Source: Macrostomum lignano (Eukaryota). Taken from it: DNA of 64,000 nt. The DNA lies in assembly GCA_002269645.1 (NCBI GenBank), contig NIVC01000301.1, forward strand, positions 1-64,000, read 5' to 3'. Numbering within the stretch: position 1 is the first letter of the stretch; each line of letters starts with the position of its first letter. The translations under genes were made by a program, and so were the position numbers. The notes beneath the pieces were generated by a model, which was not told where the DNA came from, did no database searches, and worked only from the letters and a program-made list of their open reading frames with translations. This document shows positions 24,418 to 52,615 of the stretch, piece after piece.

Positions 24418-26567
24418 GCTGGCAGCTCCCAGTCGAGTTGCTGCTGCGAGTTCAGGCGAAGGACGATCTGTCAGGCCTGACAACCTGGGAGATTCCTCGG
24501 AAGCTGATGGGATTTTGCTATGCGCTACTCCCGCCTCGACTTCGGTAAAGGGATTTCTCTACTTTGCGGCTCGCCTTTCTATAATCCCTTTCTAGGAAAC
24601 CTGGCCCTTATTAGTCGCGGGTATCTGTCCCGGGCCCTCTGTTCCTCCCCTTCGTCTTTATGGCTCTGCTCGGCCTTTGAGCCGGGCTTCCTCCGGGGCT
24701 GAAAAGAGAGGGGAAGAGAAGCCGATGGGAGAATGCGGCGGGTCGTTTTGATTCTCCCCTCCGCTCCCGTTCCCGCCGACTCCCCCCCCCCTGCATGCGG
24801 ATCGCCCGCCTGCCTGTGAGCAGTCATTGGGCGCGGGGAGAATTCTTATGATCTGGGAGCCGGGACAGCGGCAGCCGCACAATCCGGCACAGAGACCGCC
24901 TCGTGCGGCAGCCCCTCGCCCCATCAGGAGGAGGCTGCAGCAGCGAGCTGAGCATCAGATTACACATCTCCCGCTGTAGGGCTGGAGAACTCTGAAGTAA
25001 ACTGCTTTGCAGCTGCTAAATGGGATTTCGAATTTACGGGGATCTGCGATTGTCAATTGGGAGATATCCTCGGTGTCCGTTCGCCACCTGTTTCGAAGCT
25101 CAATCCTTCAAAAACACTGATCCCTTTCTCCAACGCTACCTCATTCTCTACTCTCTCCACCCAATATCACTTCTTCACGTCCAGAGTAGCGCTTTTCTCC
25201 GGAGTCATTTCCCCTCTCTTCCCCGTATAGCAGCTTGGCAAAGCAGTGTAGCCACACCCTCCCATAATGCACCGCTTCAAGCACATTCTGCGGCCATCTG
25301 CTCAGCGGATCGCACGCTGGCAGGTAAGGCCGGGTGCTGGGTGCTGCCCGATTCCGCCCGCCTGCCGCGGCCCAGCCAAATAATGTCACTTCTGTTCGCT
25401 CTGTCTGCCTCCTGAGGATGATGCGGCGGGACGGCCGCCCCGGCAGAGATTAGGGAGAGCTTTGCTGCTGGCTGGGCGGCAGTGTGGCTGTCACAGGCCG
25501 CCGGCTGTTCCGAGCTGTCTGGAGATATACTTTGTCAGCGAGAGGTGGATGGGAACGGTGACAAACAGAAAGGGAGATGGGGAGGGGAGAGAAGGATCGA
25601 GAGAAGGGAGAGATGATGAGGGAAGAAAGGGGAAAAAGAGGGAGTATTCTATGGCGCGTTTACCGTCTCGAATAACCGCGTGTACTCCAATTTGTACTTC
25701 GAGCTGTGTGAAAAGCAACCATCCAGTTGCCCCGCAATTTTCTTGCTGACCTCGGGCATGCCAGAATACCGGTATAGTTATGCTGTAGTTCGCGCAGGGC
25801 AGGGCGGACTTCATTTAGAAAAATACAGCAAAAAGGAAAGGCAGGCAGAGATGAAGAGCAGCGCAGAGCTGGAGCGCAGGAAACGAAGGATCAGCGGGCC
25901 CGAGAGCAGGTGTTCCAATGAATGAATCTCACAGGGTCGGATTTCTAAGAAAATCGTACATCGAATTTTTTTCTTCGAAAGCATTTTCTTGTCCGGATTA
26001 GCGATGGAGATCCGGGCTTGTGTAAGGCGAATAAATGCATGAAAAATGATCCTTCTCAATTAGTTAATAGACTTTTTAATTAGCAGAGGCCGGTGAGTGC
26101 TTCATGAGCTCTGCTTTCATGCGCCCGTTTTGGCCGTGTCTCGTAGCGTTTCCTTACTCACCGCGCTGCCCCAACGAGAATAATTTGCAGCAAACAGAGG
26201 CTGCAGGCTGACTGCCTGTCAAATGGCCACAGAAAGGGCCGGGTGGAGGGGACGGGGTGAGAGGGGGGTTCAAGTCGAGAAAAGTTTTGCAGCGCAGGGA
26301 CAGTTTGTTCGGCGAAGCTTCTGTCTGTCTCAGCCTCTCGCCTCTGGCAGTGCAAGCGTAGACCAGAGAGAGGGGGGTTTAAAGACTTCTCGCACAGCTT
26401 AAATATCATCATCTCAGCTCTGCTCAGCCGTCATTGCACTGCATCTTCTGGTTTTACTCACTCTGTAAAAGCAGCCAACAAGGTAAGTCGTTTGGACTCG
26501 ATCGTGTCCTTCTTTACGTTTCGAGTAAAAGCCAACCTCCTCAAACCTTTGCAGCCTCTCGCACCAA

Positions 26568-27128
26568 ATGTCGGCAGCGGCAGCCGGTTTCGCCCCCTTC
26601 AACCCAATGCTGGTGGAGTCGGACTTCCAGCACAGGGCCGCGGTTGACAGCCTCAAGTGGCAGCTGGGCCAGCCGCTGCCGCCGCCGCCGCTGTCCCTGT
26701 CTGACTGCGCCCCGCTGGGCCTGCCGAGGCCGTACTATTGCTATGACGATTACTACTGCTATGGAGACCCGTACTACATGAACCGGCTGGACCGCCTGCA
26801 CTACAGCCAGGGCTACAGGGACGGCCTGGCTGCCTTCGCCCGAGGCGACCGCACCGACAAGGCGACGGCCGCTGACGCTACGCCGAGGCGTCCAGCGTCC
26901 GCTGCTCAGTCGGCGTCGAGCGCCAGTGGCGGCGCCAAAAAGATGTCGGCAGCCGCCGGCTACCCTGGCGACCTCATGGAGTTCCCGTCGGCCAGCTATC
27001 GACGGCCTGTGGGCCCGGTGCCCGTCTCCAACTGCACCTCCTACGATGACTTGACGGCCGGCTGGCCCTACGGCTGCAAGCCGTTCTACTTCCGGCGAGC
27101 CGACCCGCCAAGCGTTCGCTACTGCTAG
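26568..27128 (+). CDS. Hypothetical Tyr/Pro/Ala-rich protein (186 aa)
   Basis: Single GC-rich coding exon after acceptor CTTTGCAG (~26554); upstream GTAAGT donor at ~26483 suggests 5'UTR exons; no recognised domain. Confidence 0.65.
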   Translation: MSAAAAGFAPFNPMLVESDFQHRAAVDSLKWQLGQPLPPPPLSLSDCAPLGLPRPYYCYDDYYCYGDPYYMNRLDRLHYSQGYRDGLAAFARGDRTDKATAADATPRRPASAAQSASSASGGAKKMSAAAGYPGDLMEFPSASYRRPVGPVPVSNCTSYDDLTAGWPYGCKPFYFRRADPPSVRYC

Positions 27129-27910
27129 CTGCTGCTTAAATTTGGACAGATACACGCAAATTGTGCTACTGAGTGAGAGTAGCAAATCGACGCGAAATTC
27201 TCTAATTCGGCCCGGAGCTGATTTGAGTCGATTTGCATGACTTCCAATCGATAGATATTTCTATTTTTATTTTTGACTCTTTCGCACTCATTTCTACTGT
27301 TAGTAGCGATAATGAAATTCTATATGGTAGATGCGGCTGGATTGGGAAATAATCTATAACGGAACCATACTGTTTTGCATGTACTCAGCTCTTCTCTATC
27401 CGCACGCCTAAAATGTACTCCATTACTGCAGCCAGTGAAATACACATTCATTGAGAGTAGTCTTATACTAAAATGTTTTCTAATTATAAAGCTGCCAAGG
27501 TTTGTATTTTTGGGTTGCTGCTATTCTTGGAAATTTATTACCCCTGTTGTTCAGAGCACAGCTCAACCCAGAGCATAAATCCCCCATGACTGTCTGACTC
27601 TCAATTGGACAGCAAGAGAAAAGAAGGCTGGAATGGAAAAGAAACTCTTGGGGAGCTTCAAGTGTTAGTCATTTAGTTCCGTATTCGTCAATTTGTCCTA
27701 CCAGCAATTAAACATCACTAAACAAGCGAATCTTCCACAAGCATATTAAAAGCAGTGGATTCTCACAACTGGAAACTGTCCAGGACTGTTTCTAACTGCA
27801 AGTAGGTTTAGCAGGCATTGAAAACTGAACATTGCAATTTGCTAGTACTAAAAAATCAAAATAAACCTGAGCTCGTAAAGATTATAATTAATTTCTAAAT
27901 GGCCTCCTTA

Positions 27911-30900
27911 ATGAAAGTGGACGGCGGAAAGGAGATCGTGGATTTTTTCTTCGAGGATGACACATATTTGCGATCGCTGCTGCAAGCTCGAGGAGAGGCA
28001 TGTATAATTTCTGTTTTTTACTCTTGTGTTATTTGTTCACAGCTATGGATCGTAATTTTTAATGTACAAAACTGACACCTTTCAGAGGACCTGGTGCAAC
28101 AGACTTTTGAGGACGTTCCTGTAAGTTATGATTAATCCGTGTGCAAGAGGGTTTTGAGTACTTTGGTTAGATGCTGTTGTGTACTATTGGTTAGATACTG
28201 TTGTGTACTATCGGTTAGATGCTGTTGTGTACTATCGGTTAGATGCTGTTGTGTACTATTGGTTAGATACTGTTGTGTACTATTGGTTAGATACTGTTGT
28301 GTACTATCGGTTAGATGCTGTTGTGTACTATCGGTTAGATGCTGTTGTGTACTATCGGTTAGATACTGTTGTGTACTATCGGTTAGATGCTGTTGTGTAC
28401 TATTGGTTAAATGCTGTTGTGTACTATCGGTTAGATGCTGTTGTGTACTATTGGTTAGATACTGTTGTGTACTATTGGTTAGATACTGTTGTGTACTATC
28501 GGTTAGATGCTGTTGTGTACTATTGGTTAGATGCTGTTGTGTACTATCGGTTAGATACTGTTGTGTACTATTGATTAGATACTGTTGTGTACTATTGATT
28601 AGATGCTGTTGTGTACTATTGGTTAGATGCTGTTGTGTACTATTGGTTAGATGCTGTTGTGTACTATTGGTTAGATACTGTTGTGTACTATTGATTAGAT
28701 GCTGTTGTGTACTATTGGTTAGATGCTGTTGTGTACTATTGATTAGATGCTGTTGTGTACTATTGGTTAGATGCTGTTGTGTACTATTGGTTAGATGCTG
28801 TTGTGTACTATTGATTAGATACTGTTGTGTACTATCGGTTAGATACTGTTGTGTACTATTGATTAGATACTGTTGTGTACTATCGGTTAGATACTGTTGT
28901 GTACTATTGATTAGATACTGTTGTGTACTATTGATTAGATGCTGTTGTGTACTATTGATTAGATACTGTTGTGTACTATCGGTTAGATACTGTTGTGTAC
29001 TATTGATTAGATACTGTTGTGTACTATCGGTTAGATACTGTTGTGTACTATTGATTAGATACTGTTGTGTACTATCGGTTAGATACTGTTGTGTACTATT
29101 GATTAGATACTGTTGTGTACTATCGGTTAGATACTGTTGTGTACTATTGATTAGATACTGTTGTGTACTATCGGTTAGATACTGTTGTGTACTATTGATC
29201 AGATACTGTTGTGTACTATCGGTTAGATACTGTTGTGTACTATTGATTAGATACTGTTGTGTACTATCGGTTAGATACTGTTGTGTACTATTGATTAGAT
29301 ACTGTTGTGTACTATCGGTTAGATACTGTTGTGTACTATTGATTAGATACTGTTTTGTACTATTGATTAGATACTGTTGTGTACTATTGATTAGATACTG
29401 TTGTGTACTATCGGTTAGATACTGTTGTGTACTATTGATTAGATACTGTTGTGTACTATCGGTTAGATACTGTTGTGTACTATTGATTAGATACTGTTGT
29501 GTACTATCGGTTAGATACTGTTGTGTACTATTGATTAGATACTGTTGTGTACTATCGGTTAGATACTGTTGTGTACTATTGATTAGATACTGTTGTGTAC
29601 TATCGGTTAGATACTGTTGTGTACTATTGATTAGATACTGTTGTGTACTATCGGTTAGATACTGTTGTGTACTATTGATTAGATACTGTTTTGTACTATT
29701 GATTAGATACTGTTGTGTACTATTGATTAGATACTGTTGTGTACTATCGGTTAGATGCTGTTGTGTACTATTGGTTAGATACTGTTGTGTACTATCGGTT
29801 AGATACTGTTGTGTACTATTGATTAGATACTGTTGTGTACTATCGGTTAGATACTGTTGTGTACTATTGATTAGATACTGTTGTGTACTATCGGTTAGAT
29901 ACTGTTGTGTACTATTGATTAGATACTGTTGTGTACTATCGGTTAGATACTGTTGTGTACTATTGATTAGATACTGTTTTGTACTATTGGTTAGATACTG
30001 TTGTGTACTATTGATTAGATACTGTTGTGTACTATCGGTTAGATACTGTTGTGTACTATTGATTAGATACTGTTGTGTACTATCGGTTCGATACTGTTGT
30101 GTACTATTGATTAGATACTGTTGTGTACTATTGACTAGATACTATTTTGTACTATTGATTAGATGCTGTTGTGTACTATTGATTAGATGCTGTTGTGTAC
30201 TATTGATTAGATGCTGTTGTGTACTATTGATTAGATGCTGTTGTGTACTATTGGTTAGATGCTGTTGTGTACTATTAATTAGATGCTGTTGTCTATTATT
30301 GAATAGATTCTGGAGTGTACTATTGATTAGATGCGGTTGTGTACTATAGATTAGATGCTGTTGTCCATAATTGAATAGATGCTGGAGTGTACGATTGATT
30401 AGACGTTCTCAGATTGTGAAAACCAACGCACTTCAGGTTGAACAAGACCTGGAAAATGAGGCGAAAGCCTGCATGGGTTTTTTCGTAGGACCAAACGAGT
30501 TGCTTGAAAAACTTAGCAAAGAAGGCAAAGATGGCGAGTCACTGAACTCACTACAGAACTGCCTCAGGTGAGTGTGAACGCTAATTTGATAGTATTGATG
30601 TCATGTTCGTAAACGTTAAATAATGGAATGTTCCTTCGTAAATTGTTTAAACTCCTACAGGTTTTTTAGCCACCTGTATAACATCAGCAATGCTTTTAAA
30701 ACGTCAAAAGTGTCTCTGTACATCGTGGAGCTGGTGCTGTGGATGCTGAAGTCGTCTGATGGCAGCCTGACGGACTGGCAAAACGCGCTTCAGGCGAATC
30801 TGGATGAATTTTTACAAAGTGCACCAGGTTTACAGCACTTCTACAGAGAGGACAGCCTGTCTGATGAAGAGAAAAAACTTCTGGATGATTTCAAATCTTT

Positions 30901-32267
30901 TTCGGACAAGGACGCCAAAAGTCTGTATAACAACCCTTTGTTTTTGAATGCTTACGTCAAAGCAGAGATGCCGAAGAAGATGAGAATCTTCCGTACAACT
31001 TTTAGCGAGATAATTAGGGAACTGCTGTCCCAAGGTACCGGCGAGTTCCGAGTGCTTTCGCTGGGTTGCGGCCCCGGCAGCGACTTGCTGGCTGTGCTGG
31101 AGCTGCTGGCTGAGAACCGCGGCCAGAGACAAGTGCAGTGCGTTGGCGTTGACCAGCAGTGGTGGCCAAGAGGCGGCTTCTTCGTGCAGCGACCGAACAC
31201 CCTGCCAAGTGCAGCCGTTTCGTTTGTTCAAGCGGATATCGAAAGTTTTGTGACATCAACTCGGGAGAAGTTCAACCTGGTATTGCTGAGCTTCGTTGGA
31301 GTCGGTCAAATGCCAGAGTCAATTCTGAAGGAGGGTCTTCAAAGTCTACTGACGGACGATGGGACAGCCTGTGTCGTAGACAAGTATACATACGACGTTA
31401 TTCGGCTGACAGAACTGCCTGCATTTCAACCCACTGCTGTGTGGCTGTCGAACGACCAAGCTAACGAGAAATACCCGATTATGATTGCACTGTGCATGCG
31501 GAAGGATCAGGAAATGGTAAGTTTACAAAAATATATAGAAGATGAGAGACTTTCGAGTCGTGTAGATCAGCTAAATCGAATGTAACCAATCAGAGACAGT
31601 CGAGTTTGCCAAACTGTATTTTCAGGTCATGCGGCATGTTCGAGTCTTTTATGTCCTCGAAGATTATATTGACTTGACAGTCAATGACAGCAACATGCCA
31701 TTGCGGATGCAACTGGAAGCATTTGTGTCTTTTGCTCAGAGCATCAAAAGCCAAGAGCAAAGCTTCGAGCAGAAGCTGCAAGAAAAATATCCTAACTATG
31801 ACTGGAGCAAAAAGGAGGCTACTGATGAGTCTTCCTGTCACGAAGGCTGTCTGTATCTCGACTTCCGCTTCGTACAGGAAAACATCAGAATCTTTCTACT
31901 CGGAAAGAAAAAAAGAGCAAGGTAAATTTCATTAGCTATTTACAAGCCAGATAAATTGTGAGAATTAATACTCATTAATTTCCATCATTCGTGATTGAAC
32001 CAATTTCTTTAGCTCCAATAAAAGATCCAAGGACCATGCTACCGGCGATGTAAGTTGCATCTTACGTGCATTCATTGAAAGACATGAACGACATGCCGCA
32101 TCTCTGACCTATTCCAGAGGGTTTCAAGCTTGCGTGTTCCCGAGAGCAAAGTAGCCAGACAGGAGGTCCACCAAGGCCGGCAGCCTCCGCGTAGTACCCG
32201 TCGTCAAAAACTTGTGACAGAAAACATTTTTGACCAGCCGATTCCAGAAACTTTGGACGAAAACTGA
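27911..32267 (+). CDS. Multi-exon class I SAM-dependent methyltransferase-like protein
   Basis: Phase-consistent exons 28086-28120, 30413(or 30437)-30567, 30661-31516, 31626-31921, 32013-32049, 32118-32267; first exon (27911-~27997) uncertain. Motif I FRVLSLGCGPGSD, post-I VGVD, VSFVQADIE and FNLVLLSF in the large exon. Confidence 0.72.
28150..30390. repeat. 24-bp minisatellite (TTAGATACTGTTGTGTACTATTGA)n in the methyltransferase intron
   Basis: Visible array between donor GTAAGT (28121) and acceptor (30412). Confidence 0.98.
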
Positions 32268-32857
32268 GCCGGCCGCATTCGCACTAAGTGTTAATGTTTT
32301 CGGCCAGATTTTCACTGAGTGAAAATACTTCGTTCCCTTTTTATTCTCCTCCTGGTGGTTTTCTGTTTTGCTCTCAGTAGGAATGGCCGTCGCTGAGTTT
32401 CGTTTTCTCCTCTTGGTTTCTTTCCTGTCCTTTCCGCCCCATGATGTCCTTTCTTTTTCACCTGGTGGTTCTTAGGAGTCTATTGAAGGGTCTATGCTGC
32501 CGGTCAGTAGGACTACAAAAAACACCTCCAAAAAAGACACCCCCTTTTAACCACTTTTTGAAAAAATTGGTTAAAAAAAATTCGTAAAATTTTTTTTTTA
32601 AATTTCATCAAATTTTTCAACTTTAAAAAACACCTCACTACCCCAACCCACATAAAAAGTCGTCCAAATTCAGAAAACTAAATAAAATAGCCTCAATTAC
32701 TACATTCATAGTTTATATAAATTTTTTGCTAAAAAATAGCTAAAAAGCCTCGGATTGAATTAGAGAAGTTCGGCAGGCGGAGCACTAGGTGGCAGCAGGC
32801 AGCTTTGATTTACGATCTACACTTACAAATATTTAACAAAAACTTCCTTGCACACCA

Positions 32858-33211
32858 GGTAGGTATAATGGAGAATTTCACCTCCCCGGTTATTCATTCG
32901 TAGGGCCTGGAACAAATTTAACATTAAGATTAAACCCCATAGCGGATCAACCACAACCCGATAGCCTTCCTATAAACCCTATAGACTGGACGGCATTTCG
33001 GCACGATAAACGTTATAGAGGCAGAAAATTCAGAAGACCCCTTGCTCAAAAACATGCAGACGAGCAAATGTTATAAGAACTTGATGCTATTCCAACAGAA
33101 GGCTTGACCATAAAAGAGCGACTAACGCGACATATGGGGCCCGTTCTACAATATAAAGCCATCGTAGCTCGTAAGATAAGATCGTTCTTAGCTCCTATCT
33201 CCGCAGTGTAA
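32858..33211 (+). pseudogene. Degraded parvovirus-VP1/Polinton-type phospholipase A2 (PLA2X-like)
   Basis: Manual translation: GEFHLPGYSFVGPGTNL...PINPIDWTAFRHDKRY...HADEQML*ELD. Contains the Ca-loop GPG and catalytic DxxAxxHDxxY motifs, with a premature TAA at 33074-33076 and no in-frame ATG. Confidence 0.85.
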
Positions 33212-33386
33212 AAGTTCCGACGTACGATCGAACTTACGCTACGACAGCTTTATAGTACAACCCCATGGTCAAGAGAATTATTCAAGCAAAAGTTAAATTT
33301 GGCCTAGGGCTTACTCTGGAGGATGCCGTAAAAAACACACCCCATACCGTAAACCAGAAGTATTTAGAAAATTTATACACCATTAT

Positions 33387-33820
33387 ATGGATGAGGTGTG
33401 GCATGCCGATTTGATTATTATGCCGCCAGAACGTGGTTATCAATCCAAATATACTAAATCTCTAATATATTCTAAATAAAGGTTGTTCCTTTAAAGTCAA
33501 AGAAAGGAGAAGAAGTAGCTTAAGCGTTTGAAACTACATATAAAAATCAGGTCGGCGTTCAGAAAGTTTGTGTGTGGATGAAGGAAAGAATTTTACAATC
33601 AGCATATGTATAATTTTTTCACTATTCAAAGGATGACGTAGGAAAAAAGATGCAAAAAAGTTATATAATTTATTTAATTTATTCAATCTATGGCGAGTCT
33701 AAGAACACTATGATTGAAAGATTTAACAGAACACTAACCAATAAACTCTGGTTTAAATTTGACTTGCAGGGAAATCAGAAATGGTTAAAAATCCTACAAC
33801 CAACTGTCGATGGATATGAT
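33387..33820 (+). pseudogene. Degraded Polinton-type (c-int, rve) integrase
   Basis: Fragments MDEVWHADLIIM / VVPLKSKKGEEVA*AF / LCVDEGKEFYN / MIERFNRTLTNKLW...GNQKWLKILQ match the Polinton integrase pattern WQADL..PLKSK.G.EV..AF..TD.GKEFYN..ERFNRTLK; stops, frameshifts and deletions are present. Confidence 0.85.
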
Positions 33821-34085
33821 ATGCCTGCAGAACTTCTAAAGTTCATTTCGAGGCTTTTTGCTATTTTTTAATAAAAAATTATATAAATTATGAAATTCAT
33901 GAATATATATTTATGAGGGTATTTTATTTAGTTTTCTGAATTTGGACAATTTTTATGCGGGTTAGGGTAGTGAGGAGGTAGAAAAATTTGATGATTTAAA
34001 TTTTTTTTCTTCAAAAACTGGTTAAAAAGGGATGTCTTTTTTAGAGGTGTTTTTTGTAGTAGTAGGGGGTCCTATAAGGTAGTAT

Positions 34086-34285
<200 letters not shown>

Positions 34286-37044
34286 AGGGGGTCCTTAGGA
34301 CCCCTCTACTCCTGTCGGTGGAATTACCTTAACTTTACGCCAATACCGTAAAAACCGTTTAAATTGCTAAAATATACTCGCAATTTTATTTCACCATCTT
34401 TTGGTAAAGCGCCGGAGACAGGCGCTCATTTTCGATTAAATCATGTTCCTTAGACTTCGTGACCCTCGACTGACTTCTACGGTAGATCCCAGAGATCTAA
34501 TCAAAGAAGAGTCCTCGGGCTAGTTCGAGCTATAACTCAGTCACTGGATTCTTCTCCGCGAATTATCGGTGGCAGCGAGCTATTACTGTAAGTAATACTC
34601 AGAGCAAAGCCTACGAAGCAAGACAGAGTATCCAATTCACGGTAAATTCTTCAATCTTAATCACCTATAGTACCATGTCCGGAATTCTGTAGGAGAGCAT
34701 CAACCTTCTTCACTTACGCTCGTAAGATCCGAAATCGTCTCAGAGCGGCAGCAGCAGTTAACGACTAAGGATCAGCACCAGCACCCTGCTTGGTGGTGTC
34801 TGTCACAGTGGACTTCCTGGTCACCGGCAGCTCGAATTGATTGGAGTTTAAATGAAGACCTACAAAAGCCCTTTCTGATCCTGCATGGTCCATGCTATTA
34901 ATTCCTTGCAGTGATCCTTTAATCAGCTGTGACTTCGAGAATGACAGCTAAAAGACATTTGGTTGGCAGGTTGGCTCGGAGCGGCCCTTCTATTCGGAAT
35001 TACGCGATTTCGAGAGAGCTGGTTTGGTCAGCCAGTTCGCACGGGTTAGGCAGCAGCTTAGCTTAATATTCAGAATAGCTATACCTATAAAATACTCATA
35101 TCTGAGTCATTAGATACATGGACTCTTAGTAAATTCTTTAACGCTAAAGTAGTCTTATTCTTGATTTTCAAGTTGATCAGATAGCTTTTAGAACTGATAT
35201 CAGTAAAATTGACGAAGTCGGTTACTTTTGCCTCCATTAAGGTTATATATCCGGATATCTTTGTTACGGCCGGTCACTTTTAGATACGAATTACTAAAAG
35301 ATATAGACTTTTTCGAGTAATCGCGTGGAATGAAACAAAGATTATGAACAAAGAACAAATATTTGGGCCTTGTTTGTCACTCTGCGAAAAAAATGATATG
35401 CATGGATTTGCCATCATAAAGTACGAATGGATCCGAGCCGACCCGATTCGATCCGTCTATTAGTAAGACCCGAATACTCGTGAGCGGAATACGACTCTTA
35501 GACTTCTGTTACGCTCGAATTTCCTCGAGCCTTGATTATAACACAACCATGAATTTTCTTATTCTATTTGTACGTCTATTAAATTAATTAATTTAGAATA
35601 AATAAATAAAAGAAGAAAAATAAAAGAAGAGACTTAATTACTTTTGAAAGCTATTAAGAGCTAAGTGGGTGATATATCTTTGGACGCCACACTTCGTTTG
35701 ACTTGGAATCCCGTTCTGTATTAATTACATGTAAAGCAAATATAAAATGCAGCTATGCATAATTCCTGCAAGATTGCTTTTAGCATGACGCCATGGTCAG
35801 CATCTTGTAGTCTTATTGTTGATTAGCTGATAGTTAGACTCATAGTTAAGTTGGGTAGGTGTACATAGTGAAGGACTTCGTTTTGCTACTTTTATTTAAA
35901 AGTGTATCGATACCGATACACATAGTTCCACTTTTTGATCAACGATCGCTACCCAGTTTTCTATTTTTTTCTAATGCGAAGGAAAAGCTGGAGCGCTCAA
36001 AGCCTGCGGCATTGAAATTTTATGTATTTTGACAGTTTCTTTTGCTATTTATTTTACATTTCCTGCTACCTCTTATGCTTAACAAACATTATATTCTTGA
36101 ACTAAACTATAAACTATTAAATATATAAATTGTCAGTATTCTTTCATTATTTCTGTCGCTTTAAGTGTAAATATCAGTCTAAAGACTAAAGCAAAATTAA
36201 AAATGTAATGTAAATTCATATAATACGCCTAAAGTACTTTGTACAAGCGATTTAATTGTTAGACCAAAGGAAAAGAAATTATTGGATATAAAAATTATAT
36301 AAATAGTTATGCAATTATAATTAAATATTAAATGAAATTGGTGTATGGAGTTAGAAAATTATAGAACTTAAACATACAGAAGGCACATTGAAAAAGAACA
36401 AAATGGCAGGCTAAATTACAGGCTAAATATATGTGGATAATTTTTATGCAAAGTATCTGCAAGAATTACAGCTTTTTGTGATAAATCAAAGTTAAATTTA
36501 AATTATTTTAATATTTTGTTCTCCATTGAAGCAGATAATTACATATACACTACAGTATATTTTTACTATTAGGAGTCATTTTAGAAAAAAAGCCTAGCAA
36601 ATTTCATGTAACTTAAGCTTTTATTTAGCAAATATTACAGAAAACTGGTTTCATGCAAATGCAGACTGGGAAATCGGTGACTGGGGAGGCCAGCTCTACA
36701 AAGCAGTTACAGAAGCAGCGCGGAGGAGCAAATTTCACCCTGGGCTCTGGGGCTTCAAAATCTGGCGAGGGGCACCAGCCGCAGGCGCAGGATTCGGAAG
36801 AGACTGTGAGCCAAAATAGTTTATTTTTAAAAGTTATTTATGAATCAGAACTCGTCTGTCGCCTCATTGCAAAACTCCGCCTGCGCAGCAGCCCGCAGGT
36901 CGCAGCCGCTCCTTGCCGCCCAATGCACGACGGCCAGGAAAATTTGTCGGACAAAAACCCGCGGTGATTCAATGATTTCAATGATTGTTATTTTTTGCCT
37001 GCAACTGCAAGGTGGAAAGTAAAAACTCATACTGGTGTTTGCAG

Positions 37045-51737
<14,693 letters not shown>

Positions 51738-51949
51738 TGCGGCTGATGTTGCCTCTCAGGCATGCAAAAACTTTAGATCCAAATTGCCTTTCTCACCGAC
51801 TGCTTTCACTGCCGGTGCCTCACTGGCGGGGGGCCAAAAAAATTCTAACTTTTTCAGTTTCAAACTGTGTTTTATGTAGTGTGCGTAGTCTGCTAACGTC
51901 TATCAATATGTTTGCTTTGATTTCTTGCTAAAGCAGGTCAAAACAACTC

Positions 51950-52615
51950 AGAGGGGGCAGTGGCACCCCACTGAAGGACAGAGGGGGCAGTGGCACCCCA
52001 CTGAAGGACAGAGGGGGCAATGGCATCCCACTGAAGGACAGAGGGGGAAGTGGCACCCCACTGAAGGACAGAGGGGGGGGGTAGGCACCCCACTGAAGGA
52101 CAGAGGGGGGGGGTAGGCACCCCACTGAAGGACAGAGGGGGGGTAGGCACCCCACTGAAGGACAGAGGGGGGGGGTAGGCACCCCACTGAAGGACAGAGG
52201 GGGGGGTAGGCACCCCACTGAAGGACAGAGGGGGGGTAGGCACCCCACTGAAGGACAGAGGGGGGGGGGTAGGCACCCCACTGAAGGACAGAGGGGGAGG
52301 GTAGGCACCCCACTGAAGGACAGAGGGGGGGGTAGGCACCCCACTGAAGGACAGAGGGGGGGGGTAGGCACCCCACTGAAGGACAGAGGGGGGGGTAGGC
52401 ACCCCACTGAAGGACAGAGGGGGGTAGGCACCCCACTGAAGGACAGAGGGGGGGGGTAGGCACCCCACTGAAGGACAGAGGGGGAGGGTAGGCACCCCAC
52501 TGAAGGACAGAGGGGGGGTAGGCACCCCACTGAAGGACAGAGGGGGGGGGGGTAGGCACCCCACTGAAGGACAGAGGGGGGGATAGGCACCCCACTGAAG
52601 GACAGAGGGGGAGGG
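51950..52615. repeat. ~31-34-bp minisatellite (GGTAGGCACCCCACTGAAGGACAGAG(G)n)
   Basis: Visible; variable G-run length. Confidence 0.96.

Noticed and set aside
28139-30349. 736-aa Cys-rich ORF (RYCCVLLI)n resembling a keratin-associated or metallothionein-like protein
   Set aside because: It is the translation of a 24-bp minisatellite (a multiple of 3) lying between a GTAAGT donor and an AG acceptor of the methyltransferase gene; it has no ATG start.
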